Shown piece after piece: positions 24,411 through 37,439 of a DNA stretch of 64,000 nt. Each line of letters opens with the position of its first letter. Position 1 is the stretch's first letter. The notes under the pieces were generated by a model, which worked only from the letters and a program-made list of their open reading frames with translations, searched no databases and had not been told where the DNA came from. The translations under genes and the position numbers were made by a program. Location: positions 434,001 through 498,000 of the forward strand of contig NW_027191402.1 in assembly GCF_041146345.1 (NCBI RefSeq), given 5' to 3'. The stretch is from Neodothiora populina (Eukaryota).

Positions 24411-25545
24411 TTAATAGTGTAAATTAGGATTTCCATGCAGATTGGCAAATCCAAATGTCACTCTATTTGCCTTTTACCAGCATCGCCGCAGCACGTGTTT
24501 GATAACTCAAAAATGTGGTCTCAATGATTCTTTTGGGCGACTTGACTCGAAGCGGCCAAGGAGATTGCTCGGTCGAGTGACATGCATGACGAATGAGCGA
24601 CACATGTTTATGGTTAAGGTGGTGTAAGCACACGATACTTTATCTCCACTGATCTCGCAGCGGGGATGTCATCGCTTTCAGATGCCGTGGGGTTACCGTA
24701 AAGACAAACCTTCTGAGACACCCTTTGACTAACGCCGTTCGCATTCCCTCCATCCCAAGTCCTTCATGTGTCGTGGAAACCCACGATTTGGTTTCAATGT
24801 GTCAATCCCAGAAGCGGTATTGTCATCATGGACACACCGTTCCTTGTAAGCCGTCGAGTTTAGAGATGCTGCTATCGCTCATTCGGGTGTGGACGGGTGA
24901 TTGTCGTTCTTGATACACAGTGATACATAAACTTGCACGGACTCGAAATCCAGTCCTCGTGAATATAGGTTTCGCTGATTGGGCCGTTTCAATTCCTTAT
25001 CGCAACTCTATTTTCCGTGAGTCGTGCCCACGCGCCTAAAACCTCTTAGCTCGTGGTTTGCACGGCATTAAATGGTTTCGGTTTGTCACCGTGACAAACA
25101 AAAATTGTCGAAGACCCTCTCTCCACGCTTAGATGCTCCGTCCTGTATCTCAACCTTCTGATGCCCGTGACTGATATGAAATGATGGATTCCCCTCTCTG
25201 TAAGGGTGATTAGACAGCCTAATAACACTACCTCATTCTACTCGCCTTTCCACGGTTCCCTTTTTGAGACCGCACATGCACTGATCTTGCCCCAATCTGT
25301 ATCGCCAGAGGGGGATCCTTAAAAAAAAAGCCAATTACCCTTTATCTATACCCTTAGTGCTGTTTGTTTGATAGGCAGGTCGCACGCATCTCCCCGTATA
25401 TCTCTCGTGTGCATTTGCAAATTCGGCCGATATAATAGCTATTACTATTCGACCCTTGTCTCAATCGCCGTCGCCCGCGACAGCCTATCAACCCGCGACG
25501 TCAGGTCGCTACTGTGACATTAAACACGCTTGTCATCCATCCAGA

Positions 25546-27810
25546 ATGGCCACCGCCGTGGCTATACAACCTCTCGCTCCTCGCTCCAACCCAATGGCAA
25601 TCAGTACCGTGAGACCGCGCAGTGGTAAGTTCAATGTCGTCATCCATGTTGTTGTTATGGACCATTAACCACTGACTCTCTTCGTCTTAGTGGGCGCTCC
25701 TCGAAATCGTAGAGAGAGACCTTGTATGTTCGTTCTTGCTTTCCTATATGGGAGCAATAATGTATACATAGTCTAGAAAAACAGATGCTGACGAGAGATC
25801 AATCGATAGGTGACGGCTGCCGTAGACGCAAAAGCAAGTGCGTGTTGCAGGATTCACTTCGCTGTGTTCTCTGTGAATTCCACAAGCAAGACTGCACATT
25901 CGTCGAGGCTGCTCAACCGCGGAAACGTAAGCTAGAGGAATCATCCTACAGCGCAGAGTCTCAGCCATCTAAAAGGTAATGCTTCCGTCGACCTTAGCAT
26001 TTTAGGTCAAGACTGACATTTGGCAGCCCGAGACTCACCTCTGATCAACCCCCCTTGAGCCCAAGGAGCACACAACGTCCCCCAACCTCCGCTCCTTCGA
26101 ATGATGTTTTCCAACTTAACCACACAGCCCATGTTGATCGAAGAGTTCCTCTTGGCGAAACACTAAGTTTGCAAAGGGAGCAGCATTGTCGGCACATCGG
26201 ACGGACTACAGCAATTGATCCTTCTCTTCTTGGCCTTGCTATCCTCGGCGACCAGACCGAGACCAGCGTGGGGTTTGGTAAGATTCGTAAGGTTGCTGGC
26301 AACGACTACTTCACGATGCACAACGACGCATCCTTCTCTACGCACGAGGATGAGATGCAAGCTCTGATGGCCGTGGAGCAAGCAGTCGCTCCGTATGGCC
26401 CTGCTCTCATCGACATTTACTTCCGCAATGTTCACCCCAGCTTCCCGATACTCCAGAAAACCACCTTTTTAAATCGACATCGAGACGGAGATCGTCAGTT
26501 CAGCGCGGCTCTACTGGCCGGAATGTACTTGCTCGCTCTGAAGTGGTGGTCACAGGATCCTGTCCTGTCTCAACACCCCAAGCCTCTAACGTATGTTCTG
26601 GAGGATCTTGCAATGAAATCGTTGAACGTTGCAATGCAACGACCCAAGTTATCAGTGCTACAGGCTGGCCTACTCTTACTACAGCGCCGACAAGCCACCG
26701 ATTGGGGATTGACAGTCCAGCTCGTGGCTCTAGCGCAGGATCTGGGTTTACATCTAGACTGTACCAATTGGTCCGTCCCGATGTGGGAACGAAGGCTCAG
26801 GAGGCGTCTGGCTTGGGCACTATACATGCAGGACAAATGGACTGCTCTTGTGCATGGCCGTCCATCACATATACAAGCCGCTGACTGGGCGGTCACACCT
26901 CTGGTCTCATCAGACTTTAATGAAGAATATTCTACTGCAGATCAAGAGATATTGGCTGATGAAGATGACGAAGAAGACGAGAAGAGTCGACTGGTCTTTG
27001 CGCAAATGATTGAATTGACCGGAATTATGGCCGAGGTCATCGACGTCTTCTATACCCAAAAGGCTGTTGCTGAGTTTGATCGAGGGGGTGCTCACGCTAC
27101 ACAGCTGATCCTCGCCAAGGCGAAACCTGTACAGTTGAAGTTGAAGGAGTGGTTCGCGAGGTTGCCTGCTATTGCACGAATGGATGCTTATTCCAGTGGA
27201 AAGTTGTCATCGAACGGTAAGTGTGATCTGGTCTGTTGAGAGATCTACGGGAACATTTCTGACATTACGAAAAGGCTACCTTCACCTCGCATACTTTGCT
27301 ACCGAGATATCCATCCACCGCCGCATTGTGCAGTCACTTGATCCTGCAGTCGCTGACCCTTACCTGCTCTACATATGTCGTTCGGCAGCAAAGACACGAC
27401 TCATTTCGGCCATGGACTTTGTCAACAGACTCAAACCAGAACATCTCGAATCATTCTGGTATTTTGCTTCAACGACGAACTTTGCACTCATCAGCACCTT
27501 TGGCAACCTTTTGCGTGCTACAGCGCCGGGACATGAAGAGGCAGAGTTCTATCGCAACAGATTGAAGGAGTACAGGTGGGCACTTGGCGTGAGCAGCCGA
27601 CGAGCGGAGTGGCTCGAGGGAGCACTAAGAATTCTCGATGCTACCGAGAGCCTACTCGAAAATATGCCGGAGAAGTCGCACTCGGTCAGGACGAGTCCTG
27701 TGCCGATGCCTGCTCCGGCTTACGCCATCGCCATCTCGCATGACTACGGCGATGGTGATGATGATGACGAAGACATGGAAGAGGACTATGATGAGGAAGA
27801 GTCCGAGTAA
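25546..27810 (+). CDS. DAL81: Zn(II)2Cys6 transcription factor, DAL81/TamA type (nitrogen regulation)
   Basis: Spliced Zn cluster CDGCRRRKSKC..CVLCEFHKQDC; fungal TF domain (YFRNVHPSFPIL, RRRLAWALYMQDKWTALVHGRPSHI); CRSAAKTRLISAMDFVNRL; acidic tail; four introns. Confidence 0.8.
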
Positions 27811-28622
27811 TGAAGGCCATCATTACTTGATGATAGGGAGGAAACCACCAGGGATACAGCGTGACGACTTTTACAGCATGTTTATATGAGCGTTTTCAGC
27901 GGAATGGAGGTGTAGGGAGGATCTTTTTGGATGGACGTAAAACCCGCCCACGATATGGAAGCACAATGAGAGTGTTGAAGTCGGGGGGGCCCCATCAGAG
28001 TCTAGGAGCAGGATGATATACCCATATGTACTTTTATGGAGGCGGCGTCTCAGTGTGAGGCAGCACGCGAAACGCCAGATTATGCAACGTCACGTTTTCA
28101 CTTCACCTACCACGCAATCGAACGCCCAATCACTTGACTTCGCCATGCTTGTCTGTGTATATGAACACAAATCGAGAGCCTTTCAAGACTGATACTGCTA
28201 GTGTACCAGAGGGCATAAGAGAAGTTGCAACATCGTGTATATCTAGTCGACTCACGGAACAGTAGTCCCTTCGTCAATCAGACAAGGGCAGGGTCGCCAG
28301 ACGGAATATCATGTTGAAGAGTGCATGTTCCCGCGTTGCGTGTGGGGAAAAGAGAATACGGAGATACAAGACATTTTGTGTTATCACGATAAGGAGAGAC
28401 AATGAACGCGTCGCATTTGCAGCAATCGCGGCGTTGCGGATTTATGGGACGCGTCTGCCCGAAAGCTGAATCGGCACCTGCTGTACAATTATAGTTATAC
28501 CTGCTTGTCGAGTTCCTATATTTTTCCTACGTGGAAAGATCAGAGGGGACAAGCACTCACTCCTAGCACAGTCCCTTCCGCAGGCTTCTCGCTATACCGC
28601 GCATGCATGTCACGACGTCGTC

Positions 28623-30188
28623 ATGAACGGTTTGACTCGAGCTGCCAAACCGCTTCTTCGCACGGTGAACAATAAACCACACGCCACAGTCAAAGACCAC
28701 GAAGAAAACACCAGACGACCGCTTCACCAGATAAAGAACACGACCCTGACCGAGGACGTCTACCGTGAGCCTGAGTCTGGCGACAACGCAAGTAGCGGCA
28801 GCGGCAGCGGCAGCGGCAGCGAGGACGACCAGAAGAATATCAAGGGATATAATGCCCGCCCGCCGCAGAAACTTATCCGAGCACCGAGGAGCACCGAAAT
28901 ACATGGCAGCACTGGTTCCAAACGCTCCTACGCGTCGCTCGCGAACCCAAAAGTCTCGTCAAGGAGGACCGTCACAGACTCGGGCCGAGCAGAAGTTGAT
29001 GCGGACAGCAAGATAGACGACTACGACGACAATGAGGCCGAGAACATAGTCTTTTCTCAGTCTTCTCAAAAGCGCCAGAGGGTGGGGTATGGTAAGTCTG
29101 CGGCGCTCAAGAGACCCAAAGGTCTGTCGTCACAGGACGGTGGGTCCAAGAGGAATGCTAGTGGTGCTTCTCAAGGTTCGACAACGAGATCCGGCAAATC
29201 GGTGAGCTTCCGGCCACCTTCTGGAGTCATGGAGTCGACGACGGAGCCGTCTGCCCAGCAAGGTGGACCAAAGTTCCGCCGTCCTGTGGGCTATGCTGCT
29301 GGACACCTACCCTCGAGCACGGAATCGCCGCCGCACGGCTCTCGGTCGAGGTCGTCTTCCCTGTCGAGTCTTTCCAGCCACGACGAGCACGAAGTGATCG
29401 AAGTCAAGCCCCCGGCGTCAAGTGCAGAGCACGCTTCCGCGCCGTGTCCAATATGCGGCGAAGAGGTCGACGAAACCTTCAAACAGGACTTCCTGATCGA
29501 GAGATGTGGGACGAAACGCATGAACTTCAGGCTACAAGAGCTCTTCTGCAAGTTGCACAAGGCGCGCGCTGCAAAGAAGACTTGGGAAGAGCGAGAGTAT
29601 CCGGAGATCGATTGGGCCACACTTCCTGCGAGATTGGGAACCCACAATCAAAGGATACACGATGTGCTGTGCGGCACGGCTCATTCGCCATACAGAGACG
29701 AATTGGAGAAGCGACTACGGAGTGGCAAATCCAAGACGCCGGGACAGACACTCGAAAATGAGGCCCATGGAGGATCACAAGTTGGCTACTACGGTAGTAA
29801 AGGAGAGAAAGTCATGTACGTCTCGCCACATTGTCTGCAGATGACATCACTGACCATGAGCAGGACTGCGTACATTCTGCAAACATTCGGGACCGAACTA
29901 CGGCAACGCGCAGGCTCTGACAGGGTCATATCGGCAAAAGGGGTGTCGGGAGGTGTGTCGGGATACCTGCAGTCGGTCCTCGTGCCAGAGATGGCGTTGG
30001 CGCTGGTCATGGAAGACGCGGACTGCAGCGTGGAGAAAGCGAGACAGATCCTGGCGGAGAGCTCAGACATAGGGGACGCACTGAATGAAGCTGAGGAGGA
30101 GACAGTCCCACAATCCATCGACGTTTCTGATGCTGATGACCGCTATGGAGCCGAGGAGCATTATGATGATGACCTTTTGAACATTTGA
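28623..30188 (+). CDS. RTC4-like domain protein (restriction of telomere capping 4 family)
   Basis: Low-complexity N-terminus, CPICGE..FCKLH Zn-like motif, WEEREYPEIDW, GYYGSKG, YLQSVLVPEMALALVMED and ILAESSDIGDALN. Probable intron 29816-29863. Confidence 0.75.
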   Translation: MNGLTRAAKPLLRTVNNKPHATVKDHEENTRRPLHQIKNTTLTEDVYREPESGDNASSGSGSGSGSEDDQKNIKGYNARPPQKLIRAPRSTEIHGSTGSKRSYASLANPKVSSRRTVTDSGRAEVDADSKIDDYDDNEAENIVFSQSSQKRQRVGYGKSAALKRPKGLSSQDGGSKRNASGASQGSTTRSGKSVSFRPPSGVMESTTEPSAQQGGPKFRRPVGYAAGHLPSSTESPPHGSRSRSSSLSSLSSHDEHEVIEVKPPASSAEHASAPCPICGEEVDETFKQDFLIERCGTKRMNFRLQELFCKLHKARAAKKTWEEREYPEIDWATLPARLGTHNQRIHDVLCGTAHSPYRDELEKRLRSGKSKTPGQTLENEAHGGSQVGYYGSKGEKVMYVSPHCLQMTSLTMSRTAYILQTFGTELRQRAGSDRVISAKGVSGGVSGYLQSVLVPEMALALVMEDADCSVEKARQILAESSDIGDALNEAEEETVPQSIDVSDADDRYGAEEHYDDDLLNI

Positions 30189-30439
30189 TTGATACCCACA
30201 TTCGCATCGTCGAGGTAGCGTTTGAGAAAAGTTGGTAGATATGACATACAGACTCTGTTGATATGCACACAGCGCGAGAGAGCACGAGACGAGCAACAAT
30301 CGAAAGAACCGAGTCATTCGAAGGAACAGTCACAATCCGCGCCTCTCCCCTCCACGACTTGATTTCCATCCAGCACACCTTTTGCCATGCACACAACGCC
30401 AAAAGTCCAGAGACCCACCCTAACCCGTCAAAGAACCCC

Positions 30440-30814
30440 TCAAACAACGCGATTCTGCCAGGCGTTTCCAAAAGTGAACAGACCGTAAGCCGCAAGCACA
30501 CTCAGTCCGATAGGCAGGGGCTTGCCAGACTTGATCGCGCGCGGGATACTGCTTCCAGCGAGCAAAATGCTAGCCAGCAGAGCGAGTTCGACGCCGTAAG
30601 TCGCCCGGTTGGCCATGCGGTAGCCTCCGGCCGCGTACAGGGCTCCGACGGTGCATCCGGCTGCCACGCTGGGGATGGATCCTGTGCGCGCGTAGCCAAT
30701 TGTGCCGCCGCCGGCGGTCAGAGAGGCGAGGATGTAGGCGATGGTGCTGGGGATGGTTGTGAGTTGTGAGCAAGAAGAAGATGTCGAGATAGGAGGGACT
30801 CACGCGAGACTCAT
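30440..30814 (-). CDS. TMEM14-family small membrane protein
   Basis: MSLA|TIAYILASLTAGGGTIGYARTGSIPSVAAG...YGVELALLASILLAGSSIPRAIKSGKPLP; one GTGAGT intron. Confidence 0.82.
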
Positions 30815-30951
30815 TTTGTATTGTGGAGTTTTGGGAAGATATTCTTGTGGAGTGTGTATGTTACTATATGTGTAGGGTGTGAATGGTACAGTATAATGGA
30901 ATGTGTAGTGTATAATATATCGATGTCTAGTACTTTCAGTAAATAATTGGG

Positions 30952-30954
<3 letters not shown>

Positions 30955-30996
<42 letters not shown>
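30955..30996. repeat. (CT)21 microsatellite
   Basis: Perfect dinucleotide run upstream of the TMEM14 gene. Confidence 0.95.
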
Positions 30997-30999
<3 letters not shown>

Positions 31000-31394
31000 G
31001 CAAACAGACGCGACCAGCAGAGCGGGGAAAGCTTCCACCCACTGTATTACCGTACAAATAAGGTAGTTGCGCGTTACGGAAGCGCTGGACCGTGCGCGGC
31101 TGTAATGGAGGAAGGTGTGGAAGTTGCTTGTTGGCTACATCTCCATCTCCAAAAGCCGAAGGGGTTTCTACAATAGATCAAACTGCTGCAATACCATTCC
31201 ACGTACACGATAATTAAGAGTATCCGACGACTCCAATCATTCTTGAATTCCCTCGCTGCAAGGGAGCCTAGCTATACATCAGCTCTTTCGTTGTCGATTG
31301 AGAAGCGAAGACGTGTCCAACTGACCCACCAACCTATCGCCGTCTCGAGCAACGACCCGGACTCCTCTCACTCATCCTCTTCCGAACCGCAGCC

Positions 31395-32158
31395 ATGGCA
31401 CCCAAAAGAAACGCCGCAGCAGCCTCTTCCTCCTCAGCGGCAGCACCACCCCCTCGAACATCCCCCCCTCAGTAGCAGCGCCCTCGCACGGCCAAACCAC
31501 AGCGTCCTCACAACCGACCAAACCCAGCACACGATCAGCCACCAAATCATCGTCCTCATCGTCATCAGCAGACGCACAGGATGTGCTCCTGGGCGTATGG
31601 GATCGCTACGTGCAAAAGACTCCTCAGCGCGTCAAGTTGATTGATGTCTTCATGGCGTTTCTGCTCGTTGTTGGTGTGCTGCAGTTTGGGTATTGCGTTA
31701 TTGCTGGAAACTATGTATGTTGCTCTTGGTTCATTTTTCTTCTCCCGACGGGGCCTGGTCTCACGCTTAGCGCTGGATGTCCTACCGCCGCGTGGAGATT
31801 AAGCCAGAGATGAAATGAAAGACATGACATGTAAAGATACACACATGCTGACCTGAATCTTCCAAACCCACAGCCCTTCAACGCCTTCCTGTCCGGCTTC
31901 GCGGCCACGGTCGGCCAATTCGTCCTGACGGCCAGCTTGAGAATCCAGACAAATCCGGAGAACAAGGCCGAGTTTGGCAGTATATCACACGAGAGGTTCG
32001 TTTTTTCCTTTTCCCGCAAAACCATAGACAAACGGGGTTCCCATGAGGGCAAGAGCACGAGAGAGCGAGCTGACGGACTCTTTGGGTATAGAGCTTTCGC
32101 CGATTACGTCTTTGGCAGTCTGATCTTGCATTTCTTCTGCATCAACTTCATCAACTAG
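31395..32158 (+). CDS. OST2: Oligosaccharyltransferase subunit Ost2/DAD1 (frame broken near 31462-31475 as sequenced)
   Basis: Core TPQRVKLIDVFMAFLLVVGVLQFGYCVIAGNY|PFNAFLSGFAATVGQFVLTASLRIQTNPEN..ISHER|AFADYVFGSLILHFFCINFIN. The only plausible ATG (31395, MAPKRN...) is out of frame with this core. Confidence 0.85.
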
Positions 32159-32558
32159 ATTTGGGCTGTTTGGTTGAAGTCAAGCTGTACGTGGAAACGA
32201 CGTTGCGCGGGGGAGAGGGAGAGGGGATATATCATAGATGTAGAGAAACATGTTGTTGCTCATTTCGCCAAAGAAGCACAAGTGAGCGCAAAGTTAGAGA
32301 GGTTGTGGAGTCGGAAAAAGCATAGCCTTTCATACGTAGCAAAAAAATCAATCCATGAAGACCGATCTCTATAATCCTCTATCTAGTGAAAACTCCTTTT
32401 TGTGTTTTCTCGAACCCCAGTCGAGCAACAGCAGAGCAAGCAAGTGAACGTGCTGACGAAATGCAAAAAGTATCAATTACCCAAGCAAAAACAAGCACGA
32501 AACCCCCCCCCTTTTTGGGTTCTGACGAAATCAAAGTACTTTGATATATTCCGTCCCT

Positions 32559-34422
32559 TCAAGCAGCCAATTTGAACTCGTGTCTAACAGCGTCTCCGAG
32601 CCTCTTGATGCCCTCCTTGATCTTATCGAAGGGCGCGGCGGCATAGGTCGTGCGGAAGAACATGGTGTCGTGCTCGGCCTCGTCGTCGGCGTAGAACCAG
32701 GTGCCCTTCATGGCCAGAGCGCCATTGGCAATGTTGGCCAAGAAGATTGACTCCTCGATGTCCTCGATCGACTTGTTGGGGTAATCGGGGTGTTTCTTGT
32801 AGTCGATTTGGAGCCAGTGCTGGAAGAGAAGATGGTCAGTAAATTGGCTTCAATATACATTGAGGGGCGCGAGGGTCGGTATGGACAAGGAAAAAAGACT
32901 TACGAACATGCCCGCCATCGGGGCCTTCCAGCTCATGACTTCCTTGGGCAGGTGCGCGTCACACGCGGCGAGCATGACGTTTCTGCGGCGCGTGTACTCC
33001 ATGCGGATGTGGATCAGCCAGTCGAGGTACCCTTGGTGACCCCACGTCTCATCGAGGAGCTTGTACATGATCAACTGACTCATTCCGCTGGGCGACTGGG
33101 TGCTGACGTCGGCGTGCTTGCCGTATCTGTCCACAATCTGCGCAGGCGCGGTGATCCATCCGATACGCGAGCCGGGCGAGACGACCTTGGAGAAAGAGTC
33201 CATGCGTACGACGCGACCATCAGTGTCGAGAGACAGGAAAGAGGGCACGAGAGCGCTGAGGAACTCCTCGTGAGACTTCGGCGGCGCTGCCTCAGGTGCA
33301 TCTGGACCGGCGTAGGGCGCCATCTGGAGGTAGTAGTATCTGCTTCGTCGTCAGTATGACTCGCATATGAGTTGCATCAAAAAGGGGCACTTACGGCTCG
33401 TCCTCGAGGATAATCACATCGTGCTTCTGTGCGACCTCGTAGACGGCACGTCTTCTGGCCGCGCTCTGAGTCGCACCAGTCGGGTTCTGACCGGTAGGGA
33501 CGGTGTAAAGGAGGGCAGGCTTCTTGCCTCCTCTGGCCTTCTCGTCCCAGTTACTCAAGATCTCGTCCATAGATTCGGCCAGCAATCCCTCGTCGTCCAT
33601 GCCGACGCCAACCATTCTCACGCCCATGGGAGCTGCCGTCTCCACGGCTGCGGAGAAGGTGTACTCCTCGGCTAGCACGAAATCTCCGCGCTGGGTGAAC
33701 ATTCGCAGGCACATGTCAAGAGCGGATGTGGAGCCTATCGTCATGGTGCATTGCCAGTCGCGGTACTTCGGCTGGTGCACAATCTCGGTATGCTCGTAGA
33801 TGAAGCGGAGAAGCTGTGCGCTGCCGCATCCCTGGCCGTAGTTGAAGGCGGTGGCGATGTCGAACAGGCCCTTGTCTTCCGCAAGGTCGTGCTTTCCCGC
33901 AGTGACCATAACTCCATCCTCGTGCACTTCCTTCTCTGTGTAGTGGCCGACCTGGGCCGTCTTGAACGAAAGCTCGTCGAAGGGGAAGTATTCGGAAGAG
34001 GGAAGTCCACCGCCCAGAGAGATCAATCCAGGGGTTTTCAGGTAGACGGCGGCGCCCTTAAGACGGTTACCCTTACGCGCGCGAGCTTCGGGGTTCAGGT
34101 GGTCTTTTGAATACGGTCAGAAATTGGTCGAAGCTACACTCTCACAGGCTGACTCACGATCCCATCTCTTAGCAAAGGGCTTGTGAAGATGCTGGGTCTC
34201 GCCCTTGAATGCTTCAACGTTGCCCAATGCTGCTACTCCGGCGATCAACTTGCCAGCAGCAGTTCTTCTCTTGGAGATTCCATCGAGGGTCAATGGGTTG
34301 GGAATAGTGATGGCCGACTAGTAGTCATGTTAACATCACGGTATAACTGAAATTACGCACGTTTTGTCACGTACGGTATCCGTCTCGGCGACGAGATCCA
34401 CGTCAATTGCTGCTGGAGGCAT
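32559..34422 (-). CDS. ARO8: PLP-dependent aromatic amino acid / 2-aminoadipate aminotransferase
   Basis: LISLGGGLPSSEYFPF, YTVPTGQNPTG, ILEDEP|YYYLQM, RMDSFSKVVSPGSRIGW and FFRTTYAAAP; several introns. Confidence 0.9.
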
Positions 34423-35413
34423 GTTGTGTAACGTTATGGTGACGCGAGTAAATGGGTAGGAAATAAAAGTGAATCAGTAGGAAGCAGACGGAGACGGAGG
34501 GGCAGCAAGGGTGACGTTTGTATAGTCATATGGCAACACCAATTATTTACTAGTCATTCTCGTTGCCCGCCACGCCCTACACATACAAAAAGTTTTTATT
34601 GAGCCTAACTCGATCAGAGCAGTGATAAGATAACAGAGCGGCTTCCAGCGGCTGAAGTCGTCAAAGTCTATATTTCCTTTGTCGAGTATCGCATCGAATG
34701 TGCATATTGAGGTTAGTTGGTCGGCGTTCGGCAGAGGCAAAGCCCTCAGGGAAGCCCGTAGAGTTTGTGCAACTCCGCAGTTGTGTTTGTGTGAGAATTG
34801 ACTGGGAAGACATCATATTGTATCTTTCTCCATTAGATCTGCTTTGCACGAGTCACGTATGATTGATCTGATTCATGAAGTACCTGACATAAATGCAGAC
34901 ATCTTGCGGGGTTCCCAGAAGGTCTTGGACAGGGCGGACCCGATATCGGTGAGGTCCTATCGCCTATTCATACCTGGACATGTTCATCCATGGACCCCGG
35001 GTAAGCGTCCGATGTCGGTTGATGATATGCTAGTAAAGTGTTATAATAGCAATTACCACATAAGCCCCATGTACAGTACAGAATATTGGATCGACGGAAT
35101 TATGTTGAGGATCGTTCCTTGCTCGTTAAGTCACCTTAGGACACCGTGTCACGAATACGAAGGATAAATCGCCGACTATGCATTGCCAAGATCATCATAT
35201 TCAATCAAAGGGCTCCGCTGAACAAAACCCATGTCACTCACAAGGAGCGCGTTGTTGAACGAGTGTTTCCTGACGGCCATTGAGATGTGAATTAAAGAGA
35301 CAAAACAACCGTTCACATAAGCAGAAGCACCATGATGCCCTTTCGAAGACGTACACATACGTCCGTAGTACCCAGACTGGAAGAAAAATCACGTGTATCC
35401 ATGCGTCCATCCT

Positions 35414-36312
35414 TTATGTCCCAAAGCGCCTCGTGAATTCGTCGAATAGTTTTGGAGTGATCTCATCAGAAGAATTGCCCTCAACCTTCCAGAGGACACC
35501 CATGGAGTCGTAATGGTCCAGAAGAGGTTTGCTGGTCTCTTCGAACTTGTGCAGACGAGCCTTCCATGTCTCTGGTTCGTCGTCTGCCCTCTGAACAAGC
35601 GGCTCCCCGGTGATGTCGTCCTTGCCTGCGACCTTCGGAGCATGAAAAGTGGTGTTGTAGACCCGCCCTGACGGGGCGTGTATCCACCGATTACATATGC
35701 GATCCAGAATGACCTCTATCGGGGTTTTGATATGTACAACCAGGTTTATAGGAATGATCTTGTCCAGTTCGTCAGCCTGCGAGGCAGTGCGTGGGAAACC
35801 ATCAAGAATAAACGAGGCATCCGGGCTGTTGCTGTACTCAAACTGCTTTTCGGAAGTAGCAGCCGCAACGCTGGTATTGAGATACTCGTCCCCTCCCTGT
35901 GCAGCTGAAGCATTGAGACCCGCGAAAGCGGTCGAGGCGCAGTTGAGAGTGATGGGCTTGCGAGGCCCGGTAGATCTGATCCACCCACGGGTAGACAACT
36001 CAGACATGATCAGACGCAGCATGGTAGCATCTGGTACAAGAGATCCCGACTTCATGATGGATTCCGCTTGAATGCCTGAAGCGACGGCGTCAGCTCATCT
36101 TCAAGTCGTACAGAACTTGGGACCCTGTCGCCAGAGAAGGCGGCTGATGACTTACCCAGAACAGTCCGGCTGCGGACATTGTCCCTCAGGATATCGCCTG
36201 AACTTATAGAGGCAAGCTGTGGGAAGCGCTCAAGCATACGCTCGGTCTGCGTGCCCTTGCCGACTCCAGGAGCACCGACAAGAATGATACGTGCGGCCTT
36301 TCGCAACTTCAT
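35414..36312 (-). CDS. ADK2: Mitochondrial GTP:AMP phosphotransferase (adenylate kinase 2/AK3 type)
   Basis: ARIILVGAPGVGKGTQ (P-loop), ISSGDILR, FILDGFPRT and LID region RWIHAPSGRVYN..GKDDITGEPLVQRADD; one intron. Confidence 0.92.
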
Positions 36313-37439
36313 ATTGATTTGTGAGGTTCAGGAGAGCCCGGGGTTTTGAGCAGAGGGAATGCGCAGTTCGACGCTTCACACGCGCTTGATTGTACAGACT
36401 GATCTTCGGTCAACTACCCTTGTCCAAGGGCGGCCGAGGTTGTTGAGTGAAGTATGTAATGGTGTTTCTGTCAACGCATATTGGATACCCGATTGATGTT
36501 CACCAATACATACAAAGTTCACAACTTGACTAGCGGACGGTCAGGATGTAAGATGACAGTGCACGAGGTTAGTCAGGCACTGAACGAAGTATGCTGAATA
36601 TAAACTAAAAGCTGAGAGAGGCTGAAACTACTGTATATGGGTCCGTGAGAAATGCGGAGTAAGCTGTACTTTATTTCGCGTGTGCTTACTACTCCGCAGA
36701 GAATCTGGTAAGCCTGATTCGACGTCTTGTCAGTGCTGAAAGTGGTGTCCAGTACTGATCAGTAAAGTAATCAACAACACTAAGGTAATCTTGTATGCGG
36801 ACCCGACCACACTGCGACCGGGCATGCATTCGGCCGAGGCCTCAACGGAGAGACGGAGTTAGCGGGGTAAGGGCGCTTTGCAACCAAGGTGAGGTACTTT
36901 GTATCTTGTGCATGCAGTGCAATGTGGCTGCGCCGGTGTTGATCCCCGTGCCTGAAATAACATCTGTCGGGATACTGCACTCAAATTTTATGAACGTTGC
37001 TCTGGATGCGTGATGCAGGGCAGATTGAGTGGAAGTTCAATGAGTACGACAGTCAGCTAGAACGATCTACGGAACTTGTAACGTGAATCACCTTATGCTC
37101 TTGCGCTGCACATGTCCACGGCATACGTAAGTGCGAGGTACCCATATAAAGTCCGTTCTGCGTCAGGGCTTGGCGTTCCTGAACCTGGAAAGATGTTTCA
37201 TTGTTAGCAATTACTTAATTATACTCCCGCATCTCCATCTCTTCTTACTACATTATTGTCTAGACATAAACCCTCCATTTCATCTCACGTCATCACCGAC
37301 TAACGACACACCGAAGTTCTACGTTCATTCCTTTATCTTCCGGTCATTCCTGTGAACCCCTGAACAGCCTGTATTTTCTCTTCCATCGCCACCCCTCGCA
37401 TCCTGCGAGCGTAAAGAGCCATCACTACCACCACCCAGC

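Noticed and set aside
24467..24480. TTGCCTTTTACCAG matches U5 snRNA loop 1
   Set aside because: The flanks do not form the closing stem, no Sm site follows at a plausible distance, and it lies about 60 nt after the SEC20 stop, in the probable 3' UTR.
31098..31110. GGCTGTAATGG resembles the 5' Alu motif of fungal SRP RNA
   Set aside because: No helix 6/8 motifs or T-run terminator about 300 nt downstream; that region is the OST2 leader and CDS.
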